From positions 128,001 to 192,000 of the forward strand of contig CAWKNZ010000008.1 of assembly GCA_963851265.1 (NCBI GenBank): a stretch of DNA of 64,000 nt, given 5' to 3'. Under the pieces are notes generated by a model that saw only the letters and a list, made by a program, of their open reading frames with translations, made no database searches and had not been told where the DNA came from. Source of the stretch: an uncultured Gemmatimonadales bacterium. GTDB lineage: Bacteria > Gemmatimonadota > Gemmatimonadetes > Gemmatimonadales > Gemmatimonadaceae. How positions within the stretch are numbered: position 1 is the stretch's first letter; each line of letters starts with the position of its first letter. The translations under genes and the position numbers were made by a program. Positions 41,105 through 50,915 of this stretch are shown piece after piece.

Positions 41105-43343
41105 TCAGGGCACCGCGTCGCAGCGCGGCTTCCGCGGGTCGGGCGGACAGCGCAGGCGTTCGTAGTAGTCCAGCGGGTGCGCCGCCGGTTCGAGCCCCGC
41201 CGGGAACGGGCGGCGGGAGAACTGCTGGAAATACTGCGTCGCCGCGTCGCGCCACCAGCGCGCCTCGCGCTCCTGGATCGCGAGGAACTGCTGGACGTCA
41301 CGGAAGCGCTCGGCGTCGACCCGGCCCTCGAGCGCGTTCCACGCCCGCTGCATGCCGCGGACCGTGTCGACCCCGGCCTGGTAGCGCAGGGCGAGCTCGT
41401 CCCAGAGCGTGCGCCCGCTCGCGAGCCGCGCGCCCCACGGCACGTGGTGGAACCACAACAGCAGCGAGTCGGGCGTCGTCGCCGGGTCCGCGAAGCGCCG
41501 CCGGAGCGGCTCCGCGTACTGGGCGACGGCGTCGCTCCCCGTCGCGGTCCGGTCGAACCCGAGCCCGAGCGTGTCGGCGCGGTGGTAGTAGCGCGGCGTC
41601 CAGTCGGGCCGGCCGGCGTCGGCCCACGGGCCCGGGCCGTAGTGGTGCCCGGTGGCCATGATGTGGGCGAGGCCTAACGGCGTCATGTAGTTCACCACGG
41701 CCTCGCGCGAGGCCATCATCATGCGCACGATCGGCGCGGCCACCGCGGTGTCGGGCGACCAGGTCATCCGCGCCCAGTCGTCGGCGATCGCGCGCGCGTC
41801 GGCCGCGGGGTCCCACGCCAGCCGTCCGAAGGCGTACCAGTTGGCCTGGTTGAACTGCGAGCCCGTCCAGTCGCGGTCGGTGCCGACGTTGGCGACGCCG
41901 GCGATCCCGGTGAGGCGGTGGCCGTCGAGCGACCCGTCGACGACGCGCGCGACGGTCGCCCCCGGGCCGCCGCGGTACGTGTCGGCGCGCAGCACCTCCG
42001 AGAAGTACGGGCCGAGGTAGACCGAGGTGGGTGTCCTGGCCGAGGTACTCCTTGGTGATCTGGAACTCGATCATCAGGGGCGTGTGCGGCATCGCCCCGA
42101 ACAGCGGGTGGAACGGCTCGCGCGGCTGGAAGTCGAGCGGCCCGCTCTTCACCTGCACGATCACGTTGCGGCGGAAGCGGCCGTCGAGCGGGACGAACTC
42201 GTCGTACGCCTGGCGCACGCGGTCGCGCGGCACCTCGTGGCTGTAGACGAAGGCGCGCCACATCACGATGCCGCCGTGCGGCGCGACCGCGTCGGCGAGG
42301 GCGTTGGCGCCGTCGGCGTGCGTGCGGCCGTAGTCCTGGGGGCCGGGCTGCCCCTCGGAGTTGGCCTTGACGAGGAAGCCGCCGAAGTCGGGGACCGCCG
42401 CGTAGACGGCGTCGGCCGTGGCCTTCCACCACGCGCGCACGCGCGGGTCGAGCGGGTCGGCCGTGGGCAGGCCGCCGACCTCGCGCGGCGCGCTGAAGCG
42501 CGCGGTCAGGTAGACGCGCACGCCGTAGGGCCGCAGCACGCCGGCCACCGCGGCCACCTTGGCGAGGTACGGCGGGGTGAGCGCGCGCGCGTCGGCGTTC
42601 ACGTTGGTGAGCACGGCGCCGTTGATGCCTAACGATGCCGCGGCGCGCGCGTAGTCGCGGTAGCGCGGCGAGAGCGCGGGCAGGCTGTCCCACGCCCAGA
42701 TCGACCGCCCCGCGTAGCCGCGCTCGACGGTGCGGTCGAGGTTGTCCCAGTGGTCCAGCATCCGGCGCTGCACGCGCGGCGCGTCCGCGACGGCCAGCCC
42801 CGCGAGCGGGCGCCCGGTCTGGACGAGGCGCAGCAGTCGGAACGCGCCGTAGAGCACGCCGACGTCGCGGTTGGCCGCGACGACGATCGCCGGGTGGCCG
42901 CCGAGGGTCGTCGAGCGGATGACGTAGCCCTCGTCGCCCGCCGCGCGCAGCGCCGTGCCGAGCCCGAGCGAGGCGACGAGCGGCGAACTCGCCGGCGTGC
43001 CGGCGACGAGCAGCGCCGCGTGTCCCGCGCCCGCCGCGCTCGCCACGGGAACGGGGCTCCCCAACAGTCCGCCGAGGGCGGTGACGAGCTCGTCGCGCGC
43101 GGCCTGCAGCGTGGGCGAGGTGCCCTGCACGACGATCGTGCCCACCGCCTCGCGGTCGCGGCGCCGGAGCGCCGTGTCGGGCAGGGGGCGGTACCGCAGC
43201 CAGAGGTCGTAGCCGTCGTCGGCGCGCGCGGCGCGCGCCGGGTATGCGCTCGCCGCGACCGTGAGGGCGAGCGCCAACGGCCGCAGCGCGCAGGTCAGGC
43301 GGCCGTTGACGTCGCGGACGGGGGGAAGCGCGCGGCGGGGCAC
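41105..43343 (-). pseudogene. aguA: GH67 alpha-glucuronidase, frameshifted near 42023 (possibly a sequencing error)
   Basis: DDGYDLWLRY, HWDNLDRTVERGYAG, VKANSEGQPGP, DFQPREP, EFQITKEYLGQDTHL; one extra G, then VYLGPYFSEVL...NWYAFGRLAWDP...GHHYGPGPW. Confidence 0.88.
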
Positions 43344-43374
43344 GAGAGGGGCGGGATGCAGTCTGAGCGCGGAC

Positions 43375-43479
43375 GGGACGGGCTCGCACGGGACGGGCCC
43401 GCACGGGACGGGCCCGCACGGGACGGGCCCGCACGGGACGGGCCCGCACGGGACGCGCCCGCACGGGACGCGCCCGCGC
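43375..43479. repeat. 15-bp tandem repeat x7 (GGGACGGGCCCGCAC)
   Basis: Seven near-identical units between the divergent GH67 and GH115 genes. Confidence 0.92.
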
Positions 43480-43537
43480 GCGGCGGGTCCGCACGGATGG
43501 CGGAGGTCACGACGCGGCTGGCGGACCGCTGCGTCAT

Positions 43538-43554
43538 CAATTCATCTTATCACT
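43538..43554. promoter_or_regulatory. Candidate operator CAATTCATCTTATCACT
   Basis: AT-rich island in a divergent promoter; 13/17 identical to 61000-61016. Confidence 0.45.
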
Positions 43555-43602
43555 CTGCACGTCAAGTGGGACCCGTCCGGCCGACCGCTCGCCCACCGCC
43601 CG

Positions 43603-46602
43603 ATGTCTCTTCGTTCACTGCGGCGCACGGCCCTCGCCGCGCGCCGTGCGCTCGCCGCGTCCGCGCGGACAGTCGTGCTCGCCGCGCTCGCGCTCGCCGC
43701 CCCGGCCGCGCGCCTCGCGGCGCAGGAGCCGACGCAGGAACCCTACGTCGCGGCCGCACCCGGCGCGGGGCGGTTTCCGCTCGCCGCGGCGGGGGGGGTG
43801 GCCCCGATCGTCGTCGGGGCCGACGACGAGCCGGGCGTCGCGCGCGCCGCCCGCGACCTCGCCGCGGACCTCGGCCGCGTGACCGGCACGCCCGCGGCGG
43901 TGACGACCGGCGCGCGCCCCGCCGGCGCCCGCACCCTCGTGATCGTCGGCACGTTAGGCCACAGCGCCCTCCTCGACTCGCTCGTGCGCGCGCGGGCGCT
44001 CGACGCGGCCGGGCTCGCCGGCAAGCGCGAGACGTTCGTCGTGCAGCCGGTGGAGCGCCCGCTGCCGGGCGTCGACCGGGCGCTCGTCGTCGCGGGGAGC
44101 GACCGACGCGGGACGATCTACGGGCTGTACGACGTGTCCGCGCAGGTCGGCGTGTCGCCGTGGGCGTGGTGGGCCGACGTTCCCGTTAGGCACCGGCCGG
44201 CCCTCTACGTGCTCCCGGGCCGTCACACGGCGGGCGAGCCCGCGGTGCGGTACCGCGGCTTCTTCATCAACGACGAGGCACCCGCGTTCTCGGGGTGGGC
44301 GCGCGAGAAGTTCGGCGGCGTCGACCACCGCGTCTACGCCCGCGTCTTCGAGCTCCTGCTCCGCCTCAAGGGCAACTACCTCTGGCCGGCGATGTGGGGC
44401 AACGCGTTCGCGGACGACGACTCGCTCACCGCGCCGCTCGCCGCCGAGTACGGGGTGGTGATGGGCACGTCGCACCACGAGCCGATGACGCGCGCGCAGC
44501 AGGAGTGGCGCCGCTACGGCCGCGGCCCGTGGAACTACGAGCAGAACGACTCGACGCTCCGCGCCTTCTGGCGCGCCGGCATCGCGCGCATGCGCGGCCG
44601 CGAGAACGTCGTGACCATCGGCATGCGCGGCGACGGCGACATGCCGATGACCGAGGGAAGCAACGTCGCCCTGCTCGAGCGCGTCGTCGCCGACCAGCGC
44701 CGGATCATCGCCGACGTGACCGGCCGGCCGGCCGCGGACACGCCGCAGCTCTGGGCGCTCTACAAGGAGGTGCAGGACTACTACGACCGCGGCATGCGCG
44801 TGCCCGACGACGTCACGCTGCTCTTCTCGGACGACAACTGGGGCAACCTGCGGCGCCTCCCCGGGGCCGGCGACCGCGCGCGCGCGGGCGGCTCCGGCGT
44901 CTACTACCACTTCGACTACGTCGGCGGGCCGCGCAATTACAAGTGGATCAACACCAATCCGATCGCGCGCGTCTGGGAGCAGATGCGGCTCGCGTACGAG
45001 GCGGGCGCGGACCGCATCTGGATGGTCAACGTCGGCGACATCAAGCCGATGGAGTTCCCGCTGCAGTTCTTCCTCGACTACGCGTGGAACCCGCGCGCGT
45101 GGCCGGCGTCCCGCCTCCCCGAGTACGCGCGCCGTTGGGCCGCGCAGCAGTTCGGCCCCGAGCACGCGGCCGAGATCGCCGACGTGGTCACCACCACGCT
45201 CCGGTACGACGCGCGCCGCAAGCCCGAACTGCTCGACACGGCCACGTACTCGCTCGTCAACTACCACGAGGCCGAGCGCGTCGTCGCGGACTGGCGCGCG
45301 CTCGAGGCGCGCGCCCGCGCGCTGTCGGCCGCGCTCCCCGCCGACGCGCGCGACGCGTACTACGAGCTGGTGCTGCACCCGGTCGAGGCGGCCGCCAACC
45401 TGCAGGACCTCTACGTCACGGTCGCGCGCAACCGCCTGTACGCGCGCGAGGGGCGTGCCGCGACCAACGCCCTCGCGGACCGGGCGCGCGCGCTGTTCGC
45501 GCGGGACGCCGCCATCTCGCGGTACTACAACGACTCGGTCGCGGGCGGGAAGTGGCGGCACATGATGGACCAGACGCACATCGGCTACACCTACTGGCAG
45601 GAGCCGCCGCGCAACGTGATGCCGCGCGTCGACGTCATCCAGGTGCCCGACGCGGCCGCGTTGGGCGTGGCGTGGGAGGGGCAGGCGCCGCCCGGGCCGC
45701 GAACCGCCGCGGGACCGCTCGGCGCGCCGCGCGCGCCCGAGCTGCCCGAGATGGACGGCTTCCGTCGCAACACGCGCACGATCGACGTCTACGACCGCGG
45801 CGCCGCGCCGCTCGCCTACCGCGTGGAGAGCGGCGCGCCGTGGCTGCACGTGACGCCGGCGGCGGGCACCGTCGCCGACGAACGGCGCCTCACGGTGAGC
45901 GTCGACTGGGACCGCGCGCCGGTCGGCCGCACGCGCGTGCCCGTGACGATCGTGGGGCCCGGCGGGGTGTCCGGTGGCGCGCCGGGCGGCGGCCGCGTGG
46001 CGGTGCAGGCGGTCGTGCGCAACCCGGCGCCGGCCGAGCGCGCCGCGGCCGTGGGGTTCGTCGAGGGCGACGGGTACGTCGCGATCGAGGCCGAGCACTA
46101 CGCGCGCGCGGTCGCCCCGCCCGGAGGCGCGTGGGAGCGCATTCCGGACCTCGGCCGCACGCTCTCGGGGATCACGGCCACGCCGGTGACGGGCCCGAGC
46201 CGCACGCCGGGGGGCGACGGACCGCGGCTGGAGTACCGGATGACGCTCGCCGACAGCGGCGAGGTCGCGGTCCAGGCGTACGTCTCGCCGACGCTGAACT
46301 TCGCCGGGCGGCGCGAGGGGCTGCGCTACGCCGTCTCGTTCGACGGCGAGGCCCCGCGGGTGGTGAACGTGCTCGCCGACAGCTCCAACGGGGCGTGGGA
46401 GCGCGGGGTGGCCGACAACGTCCGGGTGTCGAGCACCACGCACACGATCGCGCACCCGGGCGTACACACGCTGACGTTCTGGCTCGTGGACCCGGGGGTG
46501 GTGCTGCAGCGGATCGTCGTGGACGCGGGCGGCGTTAGGCCGAGCTACCTCGGGCCGCCGGAGAGCTGGCGCGCGGGGGCGGGGGCGACCGCGGCGCGGT
46601 GA
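43603..46602 (+). CDS. GH115 alpha-glucuronidase
   Basis: GSDRRGTIYG, GVSPWAWWADVP, YRGFFINDEAP, NYLWPAMW, GTSHHEPM, GMRGDGD, DDNWGN, YYHFDYVGGPRNYKW. Confidence 0.93.
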   Translation: MSLRSLRRTALAARRALAASARTVVLAALALAAPAARLAAQEPTQEPYVAAAPGAGRFPLAAAGGVAPIVVGADDEPGVARAARDLAADLGRVTGTPAAVTTGARPAGARTLVIVGTLGHSALLDSLVRARALDAAGLAGKRETFVVQPVERPLPGVDRALVVAGSDRRGTIYGLYDVSAQVGVSPWAWWADVPVRHRPALYVLPGRHTAGEPAVRYRGFFINDEAPAFSGWAREKFGGVDHRVYARVFELLLRLKGNYLWPAMWGNAFADDDSLTAPLAAEYGVVMGTSHHEPMTRAQQEWRRYGRGPWNYEQNDSTLRAFWRAGIARMRGRENVVTIGMRGDGDMPMTEGSNVALLERVVADQRRIIADVTGRPAADTPQLWALYKEVQDYYDRGMRVPDDVTLLFSDDNWGNLRRLPGAGDRARAGGSGVYYHFDYVGGPRNYKWINTNPIARVWEQMRLAYEAGADRIWMVNVGDIKPMEFPLQFFLDYAWNPRAWPASRLPEYARRWAAQQFGPEHAAEIADVVTTTLRYDARRKPELLDTATYSLVNYHEAERVVADWRALEARARALSAALPADARDAYYELVLHPVEAAANLQDLYVTVARNRLYAREGRAATNALADRARALFARDAAISRYYNDSVAGGKWRHMMDQTHIGYTYWQEPPRNVMPRVDVIQVPDAAALGVAWEGQAPPGPRTAAGPLGAPRAPELPEMDGFRRNTRTIDVYDRGAAPLAYRVESGAPWLHVTPAAGTVADERRLTVSVDWDRAPVGRTRVPVTIVGPGGVSGGAPGGGRVAVQAVVRNPAPAERAAAVGFVEGDGYVAIEAEHYARAVAPPGGAWERIPDLGRTLSGITATPVTGPSRTPGGDGPRLEYRMTLADSGEVAVQAYVSPTLNFAGRREGLRYAVSFDGEAPRVVNVLADSSNGAWERGVADNVRVSSTTHTIAHPGVHTLTFWLVDPGVVLQRIVVDAGGVRPSYLGPPESWRAGAGATAAR

Positions 46603-46608
46603 ACGGCC

Positions 46609-47349
46609 CTACCCGACCGGGTGCTCCTCCGGGTCCCACCGCGCGACCGCGTCGTACACCTCCTGCAGGTGCGCCCGCATCCGCTCCACCGCCAACCCCG
46701 GATCGCGCCGCTCCAGCGCGTCCAGGATCTCGAGATGTTCCTGGTGGTCCCGCTCGCGCGACCCGAAGATGCCGAGGATGAGGCGCTGCTCCTCGACGAA
46801 CAGCTCGCTCACGACCCCGAGCAGCTGCGCGAGGACGCTGTTCGCCGAGGCGATCCCGATCACGCGGTGGAAGTTCGTGTTGGTCGTGCTCAGGAGTTCG
46901 TCGTTGGCGAAGCTCTCGCCGGCCGTCGTCAGCAGACGCCGCATCTCGGCGAGCTGTTCGTCGGTCGCGTGGCGCGCGGCTTCGGCCACCGACTGTGCCT
47001 CGAGCGCCATGCGCGTCGACACGAGATCGAGCAGCAACTTCTTCGTGACGGTCCCCGCATAGTCCCGGCTCGCCAGCACGAGCACGTCCTCGCTGCGGCC
47101 CACGTAGACTCCGGACCCGTGCCGGATCTCGACCACGCCCACGGCCTCCAACTTCTTGAGCGCCTCGCGGATGGTCGGGTGGCCGACGCCGAAGCGCCTG
47201 GCCATTTCCATGATCGTCGGAAGCCGGCTCCCGGCCTGGTAGTCGCCACGCTGGATCATGCGGCGGATCTGCCGCGCGAGCCGGTCCGACAGACTTTCCT
47301 TGGTGACCGGGGTAAACGTGTCCTCCGAGGGCGCCGGTGTGGACGTCAT
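46609..47349 (-). CDS. FadR/GntR-family transcriptional regulator
   Basis: GSRLPT..MARRFGVGHPTIREALKKLE..GVVEIRHGSGVYV HTH; FCD domain with FH and EHLEIL. Confidence 0.92.
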   Translation of the reverse strand: MTSTPAPSEDTFTPVTKESLSDRLARQIRRMIQRGDYQAGSRLPTIMEMARRFGVGHPTIREALKKLEAVGVVEIRHGSGVYVGRSEDVLVLASRDYAGTVTKKLLLDLVSTRMALEAQSVAEAARHATDEQLAEMRRLLTTAGESFANDELLSTTNTNFHRVIGIASANSVLAQLLGVVSELFVEEQRLILGIFGSRERDHQEHLEILDALERRDPGLAVERMRAHLQEVYDAVARWDPEEHPVG

Positions 47350-47514
47350 GCCGGGACGTTATCTCCCCATCGTCCGGCGCGCGACCGCCCGCACCGGCTG
47401 GTCTGCGGTGTGCGGGAGAATGCAGCGACCCTCACCACCATCGGCGCGCCGTGGCGCGGCCCGCGCCGGCCGCACGCTCGCGCACGGATGGGACCCTCAC
47501 CGGGAGGTCACGCG

Positions 47515-48072
47515 ATGACCACCTCCTGTCTCCGTGGTTCCCGTACGCGCTCGCGTACGCGGTCGACGACGTTGCTGCTGGTCTCGGCGCTCGCGCCGGC
47601 GATGGGCACATCGCTGCCGGCGTGCGCCAGCGGCGGCCGGGCCGCCGCCGCAAACGCGACGACGCCCGTCGCGCGCCCGTCGCGCGACCTCACGCGCACG
47701 CAGATGGTCGACGCGGGCTACACGAGCCTCTACGCCGCGATCGAGGCGCTGCGCCACCACTGGCTCCTCACGCACGGCGTCGACAGCTTCGCCAACCCGG
47801 GGCAGGTGGTCGTGTACGTGGACGAGATGCGGGCCGGCGGGGTCGACGTGCTGCGCGCGATCCCGCCGGCCGCGGTCGCCTACGTGCGCCGCTACTCGGC
47901 CGTGGAGTCACAGTCGCGCTGGGGAGTCGGGCACACCCAGGGCGTGATCTTCGTCGCGCTGCTGAGCGACGAGGAGGTCGCGGGCACCCGCACGGGACGC
48001 GCGGCGCGCATGCCGCGCGCCGGCGCGGATTCCAACCGCTCGACTCCCTTCTCGGAGCAGGGCGCACCATGA
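47515..48072 (+). CDS. Hypothetical lipoprotein (plug-domain-like)
   Basis: GGGAGG RBS; LPAC lipobox; YAAIEALRHHWL...VVYVDE...SRWGVGHTQGVI. Confidence 0.6.
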   Translation: MTTSCLRGSRTRSRTRSTTLLLVSALAPAMGTSLPACASGGRAAAANATTPVARPSRDLTRTQMVDAGYTSLYAAIEALRHHWLLTHGVDSFANPGQVVVYVDEMRAGGVDVLRAIPPAAVAYVRRYSAVESQSRWGVGHTQGVIFVALLSDEEVAGTRTGRAARMPRAGADSNRSTPFSEQGAP

Positions 48073-48121
48073 CGCGGTTCCCATGACGCGGTTCCCATGA
48101 CGCGCCTCACATGACGCGGCC
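48066..48121. repeat. 14-bp tandem repeat CCATGACGCGGTTC (about 4 degenerate copies)
   Basis: Copies span the upstream stop codon and the CE15 start codon. Confidence 0.7.
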
Positions 48122-49685
48122 CACGACGCGGCGCACGCGGCGGTGCGTGCTCCCGCTCGCCCTGCTCGTCGCGGCGCGGGCCGCGGCCCAGGCACCCGCG
48201 GCGGCGCCGGCCGGGTGGACCGCCGAGCAGGACCACCAGCAGATGATGGACCAACTCGGCGTCCGGCGGCTGCGCCCGGGGCCGAGTGGTGACGAATCGG
48301 CGCCGAACCACGCCAACTACGACGAGGCCCGCGCCAACCCGCACCCCGCCCTCCCCGACGTGCTCACGCTGCGCGACGGGCGGCGCGTGACCACGCCCGC
48401 CGTGTGGTGGGCGCGGCGGCGCCCCGAGATCGTCGAGGACCTCGAGCGCGAGGTCTACGGGCGCGTGCCGCCTAACGTTCCGCGCGTGACGTGGACGGCG
48501 ACGGTCTCGGAGCGCGAGTTCGTCGGCTTCACCCCGGTGATCGCGCGGCGGCTCGTCGGGCACGTCGACAACAGCGCCTACCCGGCCGTCGCCGTCGACC
48601 TCGCGATGACCGTCGTCGTGCCCGCGAACGCGCGCGGCCCGGTGCCGCTGCTGATCATGTTCGGCCGAAGCGCGCTCCCGGCCCCGGTGCAGCCCACGCC
48701 CGAGGCGCTCGAGAAGATCAACGCGGCGCTCAAGCAGCTGCTGGTCGCGCGCGACTCGTCGCTCCGCGCCATCTTCGAGCAGTACCCGGCGTACGAGCCC
48801 GTCGGGCGCATGGCCGCCGCGCTCCCGCCGTTCGGCGCACCGGCGGCGACCGCGGGCGGCGATCCGCCGCCCGCGCAGCAGCTGATCGCCGCGGGATGGG
48901 GGTACGCGCTCCTCGACCCGACGAGCGTGCAGGCCGACGACGGCGCGGGGCTCCGGCGCGGCATCATCGGCCTCGTCAACCGGGGGCAGCCGCGCAAGCC
49001 CGACGACTGGGGCGCGCTCCGCGCGTGGGCGTGGGGCGCCGGGCGCGCGCTCGACTACCTCGAAACCGACCCGGCCGTCGACGCCCGGCGCGTCGGGATC
49101 GAGGGGGTCTCGCGCTACGGGAAGGCGGCGCTCGTCACGCTCGCGTTCGACCGGCGTTTCGCGGTCGGGCTCATCGGGTCGTCCGGCAAGGGCGGCACGA
49201 CGCTGCACCGGCGCGTGTGGGGCGAGGCGGTCGAGAGCCTCGCCTCCACGGGCGAGTACCACTGGATGGCCGGCAACTACCTCAAGTACGCCGCGGCCGA
49301 GGGGGCGTTCGGCAGCCGCGACGCCGGGGCGCTTCCGGTCGACTCGCACGAGCTGATCGCGCTCTGCGCGCCGCGCCCGGTCTTCATCAGCTACGGCGTC
49401 CCCGAGCACGGCGACGCGAAGTGGCTCGACCAGAAGGGCAGCTTCGTGGCCGCGGTCGCCGCGGGCCCGGCGTTCCGGCTCCTCGGCGCGCGCGACCTCG
49501 GCGTGCCCGACGACTACCGCACCGCGCAGCCGCCGCCGGTGAACGCCGGCCTGCTCGACGGGTCGCTCGCGTGGCGGCAGCACGACGGCGGGCACACCGA
49601 CGCGCCCAACTTCCGGTACTTCATCCCCTGGGCGGACCGGGCGTTGCACGCCGCGCCGCCCCCGCGAGGCACGGCGGATCGTTAG
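48111..49685 (+). CDS. CE15-like glucuronoyl esterase
   Basis: Signal peptide; ANYDE, WGALRAWAWG, GVSRYGKAAL nucleophile motif, LPVDSHELIAL. Confidence 0.8.
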   Translation: MTRPTTRRTRRCVLPLALLVAARAAAQAPAAAPAGWTAEQDHQQMMDQLGVRRLRPGPSGDESAPNHANYDEARANPHPALPDVLTLRDGRRVTTPAVWWARRRPEIVEDLEREVYGRVPPNVPRVTWTATVSEREFVGFTPVIARRLVGHVDNSAYPAVAVDLAMTVVVPANARGPVPLLIMFGRSALPAPVQPTPEALEKINAALKQLLVARDSSLRAIFEQYPAYEPVGRMAAALPPFGAPAATAGGDPPPAQQLIAAGWGYALLDPTSVQADDGAGLRRGIIGLVNRGQPRKPDDWGALRAWAWGAGRALDYLETDPAVDARRVGIEGVSRYGKAALVTLAFDRRFAVGLIGSSGKGGTTLHRRVWGEAVESLASTGEYHWMAGNYLKYAAAEGAFGSRDAGALPVDSHELIALCAPRPVFISYGVPEHGDAKWLDQKGSFVAAVAAGPAFRLLGARDLGVPDDYRTAQPPPVNAGLLDGSLAWRQHDGGHTDAPNFRYFIPWADRALHAAPPPRGTADR

Positions 49686-49715
49686 GCGCGCGGCGCGGCG
49701 CCCTCGCGCCTAACG
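49680..49715. terminator. Hairpin between convergent genes
   Basis: CGTTAGGCGCG...CGCGCCTAACG 11-bp inverted repeat containing both stop codons; no U-tract. Confidence 0.45.
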
Positions 49716-50915
49716 CGTGCCCGTCTCGCCGCGGCCCGCGACCGCGACCACCGCGTCGAACGCCGGCTTGGGCCGGCCCCGGCGGTCGAACAGCAGCGGG
49801 TAGCTCGTCCGCCCCCGCACCGGCCAGTCGTTGAGCCACGACTCGCGGTCGGTCACGTTCCAGAACGTCACCCGGTCGATCACGTCCCGGTGCTTCAGGA
49901 AGACCCCGAACAGCTCCGCGTAGCGGCGCGCGAGCGCCTGCTGCACCGAGTCGGGGAGCCCCGCGGCGTACGGGTCCAGCTCCGAGCGCCGCTCCGCCCG
50001 GAGCGTGACCTCGGCGCCCTGACTCCGCGTCGCGGCGGGCAGCACGTCGACGTCGAGTTCCGTCACGTTCACGCGCACCCCGGTCGCCGCGAGCGCGGTG
50101 ATCGTCGAGTCGACGGCCGCGACGGTCGGCCACACCATCTTGTCGTGCTCCTGCGTGCCGATCGCGTGGATCGGCACCCCGGCGGCCTTGAGGCGTTGGA
50201 CGAGCGCGACCGCGCCCGCGCGCTTGGGCGCGTTCTCGAGCGCGTAGTCGTTGTAGTAGAGCTGCGCGCTGGGGTCGGCCTCGTGCGCGAAGCGGAACGC
50301 GTACACGAGGAAGTCGTCGCCGATGATGCGCCGCCACGGGCTCTCGCGCAGCGTCCCGTCCTCGGCCAGCGCCTCGTTCACCACGTCCCACCCCTTGATC
50401 CGCCCGCGGTAGCGGCCGACCACGGTGCGGATGTGCTCGCGCATCCGCGCGAGCAGCGTGTCGCGCGACACGGGGCCGCCGGCCGCGTCCCGGAACACCC
50501 ACGGCGGCGTCTGGTTGTGCCAGACGAGGTTGTGCCCGATCACGAACATCCCGTTCCGCTCGCCGAACGCGACGTAGCGGTCGCCCGCGGCGAAGTCGTA
50601 CACGCCCGGGCGCGGGTGCACGACCTCCCACTTGAGCACGTTCTCGGGCGAGACGCTGTTGAACTGCGCGCGGACGATCCGCACCGCGGCCGTGTCGCGC
50701 CCCGCAGCCTGCGCGTCGTTGACCGCCACGCCGACGAGGAACGCGCCGCGGAAGACGTCCTTGAGCGCGGGCGCCGGCGCGGCGCGGCGGGGCACGTGAG
50801 GCGCGGCCGCGGTCGCACCCGCAACGGCGACGACGGCGCCGAGGACGGCGAGCGGGCGGAATGCGCGGCGGGCGGCGGAGCGCGCCGGGGCGGAACGCGG
50901 CTGGAGCTGCCTCAC
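49710..50915 (-). CDS. GH10 endo-1,4-beta-xylanase
   Basis: PENVLKW, GHNLVWHNQTP, WDVVNEA, LYYNDY, TELDVD, RVTFW. Confidence 0.93.
   Translation of the reverse strand: MRQLQPRSAPARSAARRAFRPLAVLGAVVAVAGATAAAPHVPRRAAPAPALKDVFRGAFLVGVAVNDAQAAGRDTAAVRIVRAQFNSVSPENVLKWEVVHPRPGVYDFAAGDRYVAFGERNGMFVIGHNLVWHNQTPPWVFRDAAGGPVSRDTLLARMREHIRTVVGRYRGRIKGWDVVNEALAEDGTLRESPWRRIIGDDFLVYAFRFAHEADPSAQLYYNDYALENAPKRAGAVALVQRLKAAGVPIHAIGTQEHDKMVWPTVAAVDSTITALAATGVRVNVTELDVDVLPAATRSQGAEVTLRAERRSELDPYAAGLPDSVQQALARRYAELFGVFLKHRDVIDRVTFWNVTDRESWLNDWPVRGRTSYPLLFDRRGRPKPAFDAVVAVAGRGETGTR

Noticed and set aside
43375..43479. CRISPR array
   Set aside because: Direct tandem units without unique spacers, and no cas genes in the window.
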